Notes: generated by a model not told the origin, from the sequence alone. A stretch of DNA of 61,874 bases from Pseudoclavibacter sp. (GCA_030532485.1 JAUNLB010000001.1:1-61874), one strand, 5' to 3'. Positions 38,120-48,496 are shown, numbered from the stretch's first letter. A program made the numbers and translations.

Positions 38120-39415
38120 ATGGCCGAGGAGCAGCGGGGGGTTGTCCGGGGGGAGCTGGGCCCGGTCCGCATCGGATCGATCTGGCTGGCCGCGAACCTG
38201 GTGGTCACCACCCTGTTGACCGGCACGCTCTTCGTGCCCGGCGTGCGCCTCGGCGAGGCGATCGCCTGGATCGCGGCAGGCACGGTGCTGGGGGCCGCGG
38301 TGCTCACGCTCGTCGCGGTGCTCGGGGTGCGCACGGGCCTGGGGACCATGGCGCTCACCCGCTCCTCCTTCGGATCGCACGGCTCGATCGTGCCCTCCCT
38401 GTCGAATCTCGTCATCCTCATGGGCTGGTCCTGGGTGCAGGCCATGCTCGCGGGCCTCTCGCTGAACGAGCTGCTGCGTCTGGCCGCGGGCTTCTCGAAC
38501 CCGGTGCTGTGCTCGGTGCTGTGCCAGGCGGCCGTGGTCGGCCTCGCGGTGTTCGGGCACCGGGGCATCGAGCGCGTGCAGCCGCTGCTGGGCCTGCTCG
38601 TGCTCGGCTTCATGGCCGCCGTGTTCGCGATCGCCCTGCGCGCCCACCCGCCGGCCGAGTATCTGGCGATGCCCGCCGATCCGCGGGCGGGCGTGAGCGG
38701 CTCCGCCGTGTTCGACATCGTCTTCGCGACCGCGATCTCCTGGACCGTGCTGAGCGCCGATCTGACGAGGACCGCCCGCTCGGTCCGGGCGGGCGCCGTC
38801 GGCGCCGCCTGCGGCTACACCGCCTCCACCGTGATCGCGATGACCCTCGGGGCGACCGCCGCCGCCTACCTCGTCCTGCAGGGGGCGCAGCCGCGTCCCT
38901 TCGACCCGACGGTCCTGGTGGCGGCCTTCGGGCCGCCGGCCGCGCTGGTCATGTTCCTCTCGGTCATGGTGACGAACACGATGGTCATGTACGGGATGAC
39001 CGTCTCGCTCCAGCACGCCCTGCCGGGGCGGCCGCCGCTGCGATTCCTGCCGACCGCGCTGGGGCTCGGCGCGATCGCCGTGGCCGGCTCCGCCTGGCTG
39101 CCGCTGCTGGAGCGCTTCACCGGCTTCCTGTCCCTGATCGGGGCGCTGTTCATCCCGGTGTTCGCGATCATGATCGCCGACGCCTACCTTCTGCGCCGGG
39201 GCGGCGGGACGCCGGCCGGCGAGCCCGAGCTCCGCTGGAACCCCGCCGCCCTCGGTTCCTGGGCGATCGGCGCGATCGTCTGCGCGCTGCTCTCCTTCCT
39301 CTGGCCCTCGCCGGCGGGGGCCGCCCTGCCGACCTTCCTGATCGCCGGGGCCGTCTACCTGCCGTGGAGCGCGGCGACTCGCACTCGGGCGGCTCGCGGC
39401 GGGGATGGGCCATGA
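38120..39415 (+). CDS. Purine-cytosine permease family transporter (NCS1)
   Basis: WLAANLVV, RSSFG, SWTVLSAD; about 12 TM segments. Confidence 0.82.
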   Translation: MAEEQRGVVRGELGPVRIGSIWLAANLVVTTLLTGTLFVPGVRLGEAIAWIAAGTVLGAAVLTLVAVLGVRTGLGTMALTRSSFGSHGSIVPSLSNLVILMGWSWVQAMLAGLSLNELLRLAAGFSNPVLCSVLCQAAVVGLAVFGHRGIERVQPLLGLLVLGFMAAVFAIALRAHPPAEYLAMPADPRAGVSGSAVFDIVFATAISWTVLSADLTRTARSVRAGAVGAACGYTASTVIAMTLGATAAAYLVLQGAQPRPFDPTVLVAAFGPPAALVMFLSVMVTNTMVMYGMTVSLQHALPGRPPLRFLPTALGLGAIAVAGSAWLPLLERFTGFLSLIGALFIPVFAIMIADAYLLRRGGGTPAGEPELRWNPAALGSWAIGAIVCALLSFLWPSPAGAALPTFLIAGAVYLPWSAATRTRAARGGDGP

Positions 39416-39464
39416 TGGGAGCGGGCCGCGAAGCGCGCGTCCCCACGATCCGAAGGAGAATCCC

Positions 39465-40187
39465 GTGAGCGAGACCGCGAATCTGCACCAGCTGCGAGCG
39501 AGCCTGCCGGTCGATCGGATCGCCGCGCAGATCGGCGTGGACCCGGCCGTCGCCTCGAAGGCGATCGACGCGCTGCTGCCGAGCCTGGTCGGCGGACTCG
39601 GCGCGAACGCCCAGGACCCCGCCCGAGCCGCCTCGCTCGAGCACGCGCTGGCCGACCACCGCGAGGGACCGGCCGCGCCCGGCGCCATCGACCCGGCCGC
39701 GATCGACACCGCGGACGGCGCCCGGATCGTGCGCAACATCTTCGGCGAGAACACCGACGAGGTCGTCCACCGCCTGGGCGGCGCCACCGGCGGCAGCGAC
39801 GAGGTGGTCAAGAAGCTGCTGCCGATCCTGGCCCCGATCGTGCTGGCCTGGCTCGCCTCCCAGCTGACGAAGAGCCGGAGCCAGGCGCAGGCGGGCGAGG
39901 GCGGCGGCCTGGTCGGCCAGATCCTCTCGAACGTGCTGGGCTCCGGCTCCTCGGGGGGCGTCCTGGGCGGCGTGCTCGGCGGCGGCGCCCAGAGCTCCTC
40001 CGAGCGGCGCGCGGAGGCGGGCGAAGGGGAGGAGGACACCTCCAGCGTGCGCATGCCGGACGTCTTCTCGAAGCCGGAGGACGCGCCGCAGCAGGCGCAG
40101 GCCCCCGGGGAGCAGTCCGAGCAGTCGACCGGGCGGTCCCCGCTGGACGATCTGCTCGGCGGGCTGCTCGGCAAGGGCAAGCGCTGA
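39465..40187 (+). CDS. DUF937 domain protein
   Basis: ALLPSLVGGL, DGARIVRNIFG, LLPILAPIVLAWL, Gly-rich LLGGLLG tail. Confidence 0.8.
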   Translation: MSETANLHQLRASLPVDRIAAQIGVDPAVASKAIDALLPSLVGGLGANAQDPARAASLEHALADHREGPAAPGAIDPAAIDTADGARIVRNIFGENTDEVVHRLGGATGGSDEVVKKLLPILAPIVLAWLASQLTKSRSQAQAGEGGGLVGQILSNVLGSGSSGGVLGGVLGGGAQSSSERRAEAGEGEEDTSSVRMPDVFSKPEDAPQQAQAPGEQSEQSTGRSPLDDLLGGLLGKGKR

Positions 40188-40255
40188 CACCGCGATGACC
40201 GCGGGGCGGACATCCCCGGGAAGCGACCGCACGCCCCGAGGGAGCTGACGCCGGG

Positions 40256-41176
40256 ATGAGTTCGGGCCGGGCGAGGCCGCTCACCCGCGCCGAGCGCGTC
40301 GTCGACGCGGCCGCCCGGCGCCTGCTCGAGCTCGCCCCGGAGCGGGGACCGGGCGCGGCCGCGGTCGATTTCCTCGTCTTCGGACTCAAGCAGGCCTGGG
40401 CCTGCCTCTTCGGCGGGCTCATGCTCGCGGCCATCCTGGCGACCCGGCTGTGGTGGCCCGAACAGGCGCCGCTGGCGAGGAACGACGCGCTCGTCGTGGC
40501 GGCGGTCGGCATCCAGCTGCTCATGTTCGGCCTGCGGCTGGAGACCGGCCGCGAGGCCCTGGTCATCCTGCTCTTCCACCTCGCGGGCACCGGCATGGAG
40601 GTCTTCAAGACCGCTCAGGGCTCGTGGAGCTACGAGGAGGGCGGGCTGCTGCGCATCGGCGGGGTGCCCCTGTTCACGGGGTTCATGTACGCCGCCGTCG
40701 GCTCCTACCTGGTGCGCACGCAGCGATTGTTCGATCTGCGCTTCGATCGCTACCCGCGGCGGCTGTGGACGCTGCTGCTCGGGGCGGCGATCTACGCGAA
40801 CTTCTTCGCCCACCACTACCTCTGGGACGCCAGGTGGCTGCTGCTGGCGGCGGCCGCGCTCCTCTACGCGCCCGTCGTCATGCACTACCGCGTCTTCCGG
40901 CGCACTCTGCGCATGCGGCTGCTGCTCGCCTTCGGCCTGGTCGCCCTGTTCATCTGGTTCGCCGAGAACATCGCCACCTGGGGCGGGGCCTGGGCCTATC
41001 CGGACCAGCTGGACGGCTGGACGCCGGTGTCGCCGAGCAAACTGGTCTCCTGGTTCCTGCTCATGCTCGTCAGCGTCGCCCTCACGACGCTCGTCCACCC
41101 GCCGGCGGCCCCACCGCGCCCGCGCTCCGCCACCACACCCCGTTCTCCCGGAATCAGATCTCGAAGAAGTGGCTGA
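40256..41176 (+). CDS. DUF817 membrane protein
   Basis: FGLKQAWACLFGG, MEVFKT..GSWSY, FIWFAENIAT, KLVSWFLL. Confidence 0.85.
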   Translation: MSSGRARPLTRAERVVDAAARRLLELAPERGPGAAAVDFLVFGLKQAWACLFGGLMLAAILATRLWWPEQAPLARNDALVVAAVGIQLLMFGLRLETGREALVILLFHLAGTGMEVFKTAQGSWSYEEGGLLRIGGVPLFTGFMYAAVGSYLVRTQRLFDLRFDRYPRRLWTLLLGAAIYANFFAHHYLWDARWLLLAAAALLYAPVVMHYRVFRRTLRMRLLLAFGLVALFIWFAENIATWGGAWAYPDQLDGWTPVSPSKLVSWFLLMLVSVALTTLVHPPAAPPRPRSATTPRSPGIRSRRSG

Positions 41177-43682
41177 CCACGGGGATCGAGGCGGTCACGG
41201 GGGTGCCGTCCGCCCGGGTCTTGCCGGTCACGCCGCTCTTGCCGGGCCCCTCGCCGGGGATCACCGGCCCCTGGTCGGGCAGCGGCACGACGGTGGGCAC
41301 GCCGGGCACGAGTTCCACGTGCTCGCCGCGGACCCTGACCGTCACCGCCTCGCCCTCCACGATGTCGAAGGCGATCGCCTCTCGCGTCAGCCGGACGTTG
41401 AAGGCCGTGCCGTGCCAGCGCAAGCGGAAGCTCAGCGAGGACCACTCCGCCGGCAGCCGCGGCTCGAAGGAGAGGTGTCCGCCGTGGTCCCGCATCCCGC
41501 CGAATCCGTTCACGAGCGCGGCCCACACCCCGCCGGTCGAGGCGATGTGCACCCCGTCCGCCGTGTTCGCGTGCAGATCGGCGAGGTCCACGAACAGGCC
41601 CTGCAGGAAGTAGCGCATGGCGAGTTCCACGTACCCGACTTCCGCGGCGATGATCGACTGCACGACCGCGGAGAGGGAGGAGTCCCCCGTGGTCAGCGCA
41701 TCGTAGTACTCGAAGTCCCGTCGCTTCTCGTCCGCGGTGAACAGGTCGCCGCGCAGGAACAGGGCGAGCACGACGTCGGCCTGCTTGATCACCTGGAAGC
41801 GGTAGATGACCAGCGGGTGGAAGTGCAGCAGCAGCGGCCGCTTGTCCTGCGGGGTGTTCTCGAGGTCCCACACCTCCTTGTCCAGGAAGGCCTCGTCCTG
41901 CGGGTGCACCCGGGCCCGCTCGTCGTAGGGCACGTACATCCGCTCCGCGGCCTGCTGCCACTCGTGCACCTCCGACTCGCTCAGGCCGAGCCGGCGGGCG
42001 AAGCGCTCGTAGACCTCCGGCTGGTGGACGTGGAACCACCGGACCGTGCGGGCGGCGACCTCCAGGTTCTCCTTCGCCATGACATTGGTGAAGAGGTTGT
42101 CGTTCACGACCGTGGTGTATTCGTCCGGTCCGGTCACGCCGTGGATGTGGAAGCGGGCCCCCTCCTCGCCCGATCGCCAGAACCCCAGGTCCGCCCACAT
42201 CCTTGCGGTCTCCACGAGCACCTCGACGCCGCCGGCGAGGAGGAAGTCCTCGTCCCCGGTGGCCATGACGTACTGCATGAGCGCGTGGACGATGTCGGCG
42301 TCGATGTGGTATTGCGCCGTCGAGGCCGCGTAGTAGGCGCTCGACTCCTCCCCGTTGATCGTGCGCCACGGGAACAGGGCGCCCTGCTGGTTGAGCTCGC
42401 GCGCCCGGCGCCTGGCCGCGTCCAGCAGCTGCACCCGGAAGCGCAGCGCGTTGCGCGCCACCTGCGGGGCCGTGTAGGTCAGGAAGGGCATCACGAAGAT
42501 CTCGGTGTCCCAGAAGTAGTGTCCGCCGTAGCCGGAGCCGGTCACGCCCTTGGCCGCGATCCCGCCGCCGTCCGTGCGCGCCGAGGCCTGCGCCACCGAG
42601 AACAGGTTCCAGCGGATCGCCTGCTGCATCTGCGGACATCCTTCGACCCACACGTCGGAGGCCTCCCAGAAGCGGTCCAGCCAGGCCCGCTGCCGCGCGT
42701 AGTGCTCGGCAAGGGGCGTCCCCGCGGCCCGATCCAGGATCCGGTCGCAGCGGTCCGCGAGCTCCGGCACCGGCACTTCGGCGGCCGTGCCGTAGGCGAT
42801 GTACTTGACCACGCGCACCGGCCGGCCGCGGCGCGCGTGCACCGTGAACACATGCTTGGCGAGGTCCTCGCCGATCCGCTCGAGCTGCTCGACGGGGCAG
42901 TCCGTCTCGATCCGGTGCTCGACCGCCACCACGATCGTCATGCCGGAGTTGACCGTCTCGTAGCCGAGCGCGTACCTGCCCTCCTCCACGCGCTGGAGCT
43001 TCGGCTGCAGGATGCGTCCGGCCAGCTGCTCCGCCTGCCGGGGGTCGAAGCTCTCCGAGGCGTCCCGCATGCGCCGGGGCGCGCGGCGGCTGTATTCGTG
43101 GGCGCCGTCCTGGCGGTTCAGGATCTGACTGGAGATCACGATCGAGGCGTCGCTGTCCAGGCATTCCGCCTCGTACTCCACGATCGCCAGGTGCCGGTCC
43201 GAGAAGGAGGCCATGCGTCGGGAGACGATCCGCACCCGCTTGCCTGCCGGCGTCCGCCAGATCAGGCGGCGCTCCAGCACCCCGGAGCGGAAGTCCAGCC
43301 GCCGCTCGTACTCCTCCAGATCGGCCGTGGCCAGCACGAACGGTTCGTCGTCCACGTACAGCCGCATGGTCTTGGCGTCCGGAGCGTTCACGATCGTCTG
43401 CCCCACCCGGGCGAAGCCGAAGGCCTCCTCGGCGTGCCGGATCGGCCAGGTCTCGTGGAAGCCGTTGACGAAGGTGCCGTGCAGATGCCCCTCCCGGCCC
43501 TCGTCGATGTTGCCGCGCAGGCCGAGGTAACCGTTGCCGACGGTGAAGACGGTCTCGGCGTGCCCCTGGTTCTCCGGATCGAACTCCCGCTCGACCAGGG
43601 CCCACTCGTCCACCGGGAACCGCGCCCGGTCGAGCATGTCCGGGAGGCCGCTCGAGGCTCCGGGTGCCGACTCCTCCGTCAT
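41154..43682 (-). CDS. GH65 glycoside phosphorylase/hydrolase
   Basis: GNGYLGLRG, YGGHYFWDTE, GPDEY, IKQADV, DSSLS. Confidence 0.92.
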   Translation of the reverse strand: MTEESAPGASSGLPDMLDRARFPVDEWALVEREFDPENQGHAETVFTVGNGYLGLRGNIDEGREGHLHGTFVNGFHETWPIRHAEEAFGFARVGQTIVNAPDAKTMRLYVDDEPFVLATADLEEYERRLDFRSGVLERRLIWRTPAGKRVRIVSRRMASFSDRHLAIVEYEAECLDSDASIVISSQILNRQDGAHEYSRRAPRRMRDASESFDPRQAEQLAGRILQPKLQRVEEGRYALGYETVNSGMTIVVAVEHRIETDCPVEQLERIGEDLAKHVFTVHARRGRPVRVVKYIAYGTAAEVPVPELADRCDRILDRAAGTPLAEHYARQRAWLDRFWEASDVWVEGCPQMQQAIRWNLFSVAQASARTDGGGIAAKGVTGSGYGGHYFWDTEIFVMPFLTYTAPQVARNALRFRVQLLDAARRRARELNQQGALFPWRTINGEESSAYYAASTAQYHIDADIVHALMQYVMATGDEDFLLAGGVEVLVETARMWADLGFWRSGEEGARFHIHGVTGPDEYTTVVNDNLFTNVMAKENLEVAARTVRWFHVHQPEVYERFARRLGLSESEVHEWQQAAERMYVPYDERARVHPQDEAFLDKEVWDLENTPQDKRPLLLHFHPLVIYRFQVIKQADVVLALFLRGDLFTADEKRRDFEYYDALTTGDSSLSAVVQSIIAAEVGYVELAMRYFLQGLFVDLADLHANTADGVHIASTGGVWAALVNGFGGMRDHGGHLSFEPRLPAEWSSLSFRLRWHGTAFNVRLTREAIAFDIVEGEAVTVRVRGEHVELVPGVPTVVPLPDQGPVIPGEGPGKSGVTGKTRADGTPVTASIPVVSHFFEI

Positions 43683-44455
43683 GCGCGCTCCTCCCGCTCT
43701 CGGGGCCGCCCGCCGCCGGACAGCCCGGGCAGCAGTTCGGCCAGGTCCGCCACGACCAGATCGGCGCCGGCCGATCGCAGCGCCTGCGCGCCGGTGCCGC
43801 GGTCCACCCCCACCACGAGGGCGAAGCCGCCGGCCCGTCCGGCCGCCACGCCGCTGACGGCGTCCTCGACGACGGCGCTGCGCTCGGGCGGCACCCCGAG
43901 CAGCCGCGCCGCGTGCAGGTACGTGTCGGGGGCCGGCTTGCCGGGGAGGCCGAGCTCGGCGGCGACCGTGCCGTCCACGAGGCGGCCGAAGCGGGGGCGC
44001 AGGCCCGCGGCCCGCAGCACGGCCTCGCCGTTCCGCGAGCTGGTGACGACCGCGCCGGCCAGGCCCGCGGCCTCCACGGCGTCCAGCAGGGCGAGGGATC
44101 CGGGGTAGGGGGCGACGCCCTCCTGTTCCAGGATCCGGGTGAAGACGGCGTTCTTGCGGTTGCCCAGCCCCCAGACGGTCTCCCGTGCGGGGTCGTCGTC
44201 GGGCGAGCCCTCGGGCAGGACGACGCCGCGGGTCGCCAGCAGGTCCCGCACCCCGTCCGGCCGCGCCTTGCCGTCCAGCTGCTCGTAGTAGTCGGCCTCG
44301 CGGTAGGGGCGCACGCCGCGGGCCGCGAACTCCGCCTCGAAGAGCGCCGCCCAGGCGCGCCGGTGCACCTCCGCCGTCGGCGTGAGCACGCCGTCCAGAT
44401 CGAAGAGGAAGGCGCGCACGGGGGCCAGGGCCGCACGGATCTCGTCAGGGCTCAC
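43679..44455 (-). CDS. Beta-phosphoglucomutase-family HAD hydrolase
   Basis: FDLDGVLT, GKPAPD, VVEDAVSG; coupled to the GH65 gene. Confidence 0.9.
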   Translation of the reverse strand: MSPDEIRAALAPVRAFLFDLDGVLTPTAEVHRRAWAALFEAEFAARGVRPYREADYYEQLDGKARPDGVRDLLATRGVVLPEGSPDDDPARETVWGLGNRKNAVFTRILEQEGVAPYPGSLALLDAVEAAGLAGAVVTSSRNGEAVLRAAGLRPRFGRLVDGTVAAELGLPGKPAPDTYLHAARLLGVPPERSAVVEDAVSGVAAGRAGGFALVVGVDRGTGAQALRSAGADLVVADLAELLPGLSGGGRPREREERA

Positions 44456-44606
44456 GGGGTTCCTTCCTGCCCGGCCGCTCCGGTCGGGTCCCTCTCATTC
44501 TCACCCGTCCGGGGACTCGGAGGAAACCGCCCCGGCCCCGTGCAGAAGAGGAAGGGGCCCGGTCCCGTCCGGGGACCCGGAGCAAACCGCTCGCGCCCGG
44601 CTCGGC

Positions 44607-45734
44607 TCAACCGCCGTCCGCCCGGCGGCGCCGTGCGCGGGCCGGCGCATGCATGTCCACGGGCGTCGAACGGAAGACGCGGTCGATCAGCGTCTCGAAG
44701 AAACGCTCGGCGCTCAGCGCCCGGGGCACCAGATCCATGCGCACCCGCACCTCCCGGCCGGCCGCGACCCCCTCGCCGAAGGGACCGAGCCCGAGGCAGG
44801 CCGCCTCCGGCAGGGCCGCCGGGGCGGGAGGCTCGCCGTACTCGATCATCACCAGGCACGTCGCGTGGTAGGCGTCCCGCCCGTCGCCGAGCTTGGCGAG
44901 CATGTCCGCGAGCCACTCGAAGCGGTCGGGCTCGTCCAGCACCTCGCTGCGCAGACCGAGGACGAAGCCGGTGGCGGCCAGGGGGTGGCGCGAGCGCAGG
45001 CCCCGGACGTCGCCGTAGGCCTCCTCGATGCGATTGGCGGCGTTCTTGCCGTAGGAGGAGTCCATCCGCTTGGTGGACACGAGGATCTCCGGACCGGTCG
45101 TCCAGTCCGAGAGGACCACCTCGACCTGCCTGCGAGTGGTCCTGCCGAGCACGTGGGCGGTGGACCCGGTCGCCCCGGCGATCGGGCCGGAGCGCTGCAG
45201 CCGCTCCCGCACCGCCTCCCGCTGCTGGACCGGCAGATGCTCCAGCAGCCCCACGAGGGCGGCGGGCAGGATCCTGGGCTCGCTCGCCCGCGGCCACACG
45301 GCGTCCGGGTCGAAGCCGGCCCGGCGCAGCTCGTAGGCGATCCACACGTCCAGGGCCAGGGCGGGCACGCCGGTCTGGCTGGGCTGCACCTCGCCCGGGC
45401 GCAGGGTGAGGGGCACGTCCAGCAGCCGGGCGAGGGTCTCGTAGTCCGGGAGGTACCTCCGTTCCCGGCCGTCCGCCCGCCAGGGATTCGAGAAGCGCCC
45501 GGCGGGCGCGGCGCCGGCCACGATCCGGTCGAAGCGGGCCCAGGCCGCTCGCCTGACGCTCGCGACCCGGCTGCGAGCCGGGCCCTCGCGCTCCTCCCGC
45601 CCGGACTGCCCGGACCCGGCCTCCGGACCCGTGAGGAGATCGTCCCAGTCGAAGCCGTCCAGCTCCAGCTCGTCCGGCTCGATCGCGTACCCGCTCTCCT
45701 CCACGCCGTCCGCCGCGCTCGCGCCGCCGTCCAC
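44607..45734 (-). CDS. Putative type II restriction endonuclease (PD-(D/E)xK, PaeR7I/XhoI-like)
   Basis: QVEVV...EILVSTK...SSYGKNAANRIEEAYGD resembles the SFGNNxxNRxEEA motif of XhoI/PaeR7I enzymes; directly downstream of an MTase. Confidence 0.65.
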   Translation of the reverse strand: MDGGASAADGVEESGYAIEPDELELDGFDWDDLLTGPEAGSGQSGREEREGPARSRVASVRRAAWARFDRIVAGAAPAGRFSNPWRADGRERRYLPDYETLARLLDVPLTLRPGEVQPSQTGVPALALDVWIAYELRRAGFDPDAVWPRASEPRILPAALVGLLEHLPVQQREAVRERLQRSGPIAGATGSTAHVLGRTTRRQVEVVLSDWTTGPEILVSTKRMDSSYGKNAANRIEEAYGDVRGLRSRHPLAATGFVLGLRSEVLDEPDRFEWLADMLAKLGDGRDAYHATCLVMIEYGEPPAPAALPEAACLGLGPFGEGVAAGREVRVRMDLVPRALSAERFFETLIDRVFRSTPVDMHAPARARRRRADGG

Positions 45735-45767
45735 TCGTCCCGCTCCTCTCGTTCCCCGATCCGCCTC

Positions 45768-47438
45768 TCACGCCCGACCGCGCCGCGTCCCGCGGGCCGC
45801 CCGCCTGGCGGCCAGCTCCTGGCGGGCGGCCCGCACGGGGGCGATCTGCCCCTCGTCCAGCCCGGCCCCGTCCCGGAGCACGAGCTCGTCGACGAGCCGC
45901 ACCGCCCCGGCCAGACGCCCGTCCCGCAGCAGCGCGGCGACCGGCGCCCTCGCCTCGTCCAGCGCGCCCCGGCAGCGCTCCAGCAGCCCGGGGGCGGGCA
46001 CGAGCCACTCGTCCGCCTCCCGCGGCTCGAGCTTGAGCACCCCGCCGCCGTAGCTGCGGCCGACGAGTTCGGCCGCCAGCAGCGTGACGGAGTTGAGGCT
46101 CGCCAGCGGCAGCAGCGCCCGGCCGGTCTCGCGCAGCCGCGGATGCAGGTAGACCCCGTGCACCGAATTCAGGTGCCTGGCGCCGGCCCGGTTGTCCGTG
46201 AGTCTGGGCGCGTCCGCGTTCATGTAGGTGAGCAGCAGATCCGCCGGGTCCGCGAGCGGCACCCGGTACCAGACCCGGCGCGCGCGGCACTTGTAGGCGC
46301 GGTGCACGCCCGCCCGCTCGCCGCGGCGCACGTAGCGCGCCGCGGCCGGGGACATCGTCTCCGCGGGCGAGAACAGCCGGGTGGCCCGGCCCGCCTCGCC
46401 GAGCCGCTCCAGCTCCTGCGCCGTGAACTCCAGGCCTCGCAGGTGCGAGCTGCCGGGCGGGGACAGCGGCAGCAGCTCCTCTTCCCCGATGCCCAGGCCG
46501 CGGGCGCGGGCGGGGGACATCGCGAAGTAGCCGTTGGCCCCCGTCACGATGCCGAGGGCCGTCCGGCCCCATTCGGCCAGGCGGGTGAACCGGCCCTGTT
46601 CCTCCAGCAGGCGCAGCGGCTCGGACGCCCGCCGCGTCACCAGTCCGCCCAGCCATTTGTCCCCCGGCCGGGCGGGCCGCCAGCTGCGCCCCGCCGACAC
46701 TCGCTCCAGGCCCGCCGGACCGCGGGCGTGCCGGAACACCGCCCCCTCGGCGGGACCGGAGCCGGCACCGGAGGCGAGCAGCAGCAGCGTCTCGGTCTCG
46801 GCCTCCGGGAACAGCCGCTCCCGGAACAGCACGAGTTCCACCCGGGCGAATCGCTCCAGCAGCAGGGCGCGCACCGGGGCCGCGTAGTTCACCGAGAGCA
46901 GTTCGGCCGGCAGGACGAGCGCGAGCCGGCCGCCGGGACGCAGGAAGCGGCTCGCGTGGACCGTGAAGGCCGCCCAGCTGGAGGCGAGCCCGGAGAGCCG
47001 GACGCCGGAGCGGGCGGCGGCGTTGCGGGCCAGGCGCCGCAACTCGCCGGTGAACTCCTGGTAGCGGATGAAGGGCGGGTTCCCGACGACCGCGTCGTAG
47101 TCGGCGGCGGCCTCGATACGGAAGAAGTCCTGCACGCGGATGCGCGCTCGACCACCCGCGTCCTGAACCAGACGCCGCGCGCGCCGGGCGCTCGCCTCGT
47201 GGATCTCGACCCCGTCCACGGTCGGGGAGGCGCCCGAGCCGCCCAGTTCCCGCAGCCGCTCGACCACCGGCACGAGGAAGGCCGCCTCCCCCGCGGCCGG
47301 CTCCAACACGCGCTCGCCGGCCTCCCGCACGGCCCAGCGGGCCAGGAAGCGCGCGATCGGCGCCGGGGTGAAGAAGGCGCCCCGCGCCTTACGCAGCGCG
47401 GGGGTGTCGATTCCGGCATCGGGCGGCGCGAGCGTCAC
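45768..47438 (-). CDS. N6-adenine DNA methyltransferase (gamma class, Eco57I/XhoI-like)
   Basis: GAFFTP, motif I LEPAAGEAAF, motif IV VGNPPFIRY, C-terminal GRSYGGGVLKLEP. Confidence 0.88.
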   Translation of the reverse strand: MTLAPPDAGIDTPALRKARGAFFTPAPIARFLARWAVREAGERVLEPAAGEAAFLVPVVERLRELGGSGASPTVDGVEIHEASARRARRLVQDAGGRARIRVQDFFRIEAAADYDAVVGNPPFIRYQEFTGELRRLARNAAARSGVRLSGLASSWAAFTVHASRFLRPGGRLALVLPAELLSVNYAAPVRALLLERFARVELVLFRERLFPEAETETLLLLASGAGSGPAEGAVFRHARGPAGLERVSAGRSWRPARPGDKWLGGLVTRRASEPLRLLEEQGRFTRLAEWGRTALGIVTGANGYFAMSPARARGLGIGEEELLPLSPPGSSHLRGLEFTAQELERLGEAGRATRLFSPAETMSPAAARYVRRGERAGVHRAYKCRARRVWYRVPLADPADLLLTYMNADAPRLTDNRAGARHLNSVHGVYLHPRLRETGRALLPLASLNSVTLLAAELVGRSYGGGVLKLEPREADEWLVPAPGLLERCRGALDEARAPVAALLRDGRLAGAVRLVDELVLRDGAGLDEGQIAPVRAARQELAARRAARGTRRGRA

Positions 47439-47532
47439 CCGTCCATTCTGCTGCACGCCCGGACCGCGCCGCACGCCCGGCCCACGCGAAGCGGCCGGGA
47501 CACGGCCTGCGCGCCTCGTCGGCTCCAGGGGG

Positions 47533-48234
47533 TCAGCCCGGCCCCGCCCCGTCCGCGAGTCGGCGGATCCGGGCGGCGGTGAGCAGGGAGCCGGCGATCG
47601 CCAGCCCGGCGCTGGCAAGACCCGCGATCCCGCCGAGGGGGTGCTGCACGTCCGGGCGGAACCCGTCGGCCCGACCCGGTCCGTCGGGTTCCGGGGACTC
47701 CCTCGGCCGCTCGTCCGGTCCCGGTTCGAACAGCCCTCCCACCCGGCCCGGATCACCCGGCGAGGACGGGGAACCGGGGGAGGAGGGGACCGCTGTGCCC
47801 GCGGGGCCCGGCCCGCCATCCGGCCCCGGCGCGTCCGGCGCCGAGGGAGAGCCCCCGGCACCGCCGCTGGGAGCAGACGGCTGGGAGGGGCCCGGGCCGT
47901 CCCCGCGGCCGCCGCCCGGTCCGGGGCTCTGCCCGCCGGACCCGGCGTCCGGGACCGAGGGGCCGGGGGCCACGGGAGCGGACGGCGGCTCCGGGGCGGG
48001 CTGCGGAGGCTCGGGTCGGACGGGCGGCTCCTGCGGGGGCTCGGGCTCCGGCTGGGCCCCGGTGGGCTCGGGCTCCGGCTCGCCGCTCTCCTCCGGCCCC
48101 TCCGGCTCGCCCGGCGGGTTCTCGACGATCGAGGACCACGGAAGGTGGCCGAGCGGTTCGGCAGCGGCCTGGGCGGGGGCGCTCGGCACGAGCACCGCGA
48201 GCGCACAGGCGATCGCGAGCAGGCGGATCCTCAT
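47533..48234 (-). CDS. Secreted/anchored Pro-Gly-Glu-rich low-complexity protein
   Basis: Signal peptide MRIRLLAIACALAVLVPSAPAQA; PEP/GP-rich body; C-terminal hydrophobic helix followed by RIRR. Confidence 0.65.
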   Translation of the reverse strand: MRIRLLAIACALAVLVPSAPAQAAAEPLGHLPWSSIVENPPGEPEGPEESGEPEPEPTGAQPEPEPPQEPPVRPEPPQPAPEPPSAPVAPGPSVPDAGSGGQSPGPGGGRGDGPGPSQPSAPSGGAGGSPSAPDAPGPDGGPGPAGTAVPSSPGSPSSPGDPGRVGGLFEPGPDERPRESPEPDGPGRADGFRPDVQHPLGGIAGLASAGLAIAGSLLTAARIRRLADGAGPG

Positions 48235-48452
48235 GGGTGCGGTCTCCGGGGTGGCGTCGTCGGGGACGACGGGATCTGGGGGAGGTCCGAGCGCCGGGCC
48301 GAAGGAGCCGCGCGACTCGTCCGATCAAGATATCGATTCCCTCAACTCCTCACCAAACTCGCGACGTTCCGAAGAGAAGCTACGGGAAGCATCGCGTTCG
48401 TGAAGCACGACGACATTGCACAGATGAACTGACGAAACCACGTGAAATGCCC

Positions 48453-48471
48453 TTATATCCATCGATATAAT
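48453..48471. promoter_or_regulatory. AT-rich inverted repeat with -10-like hexamers
   Basis: TTATATC-CATC-GATATAA, overlapping TATAAT (+) and TATTAT (-). Confidence 0.45.
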
Positions 48472-48496
48472 ATTGCTTCGAGCAGGCGTCGAGAAC

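Noticed and set aside
41154-44455. GH65 + beta-PGM pair as a novel system
   Set aside because: It is a well-known conserved pairing (like Rv3400-Rv3401).
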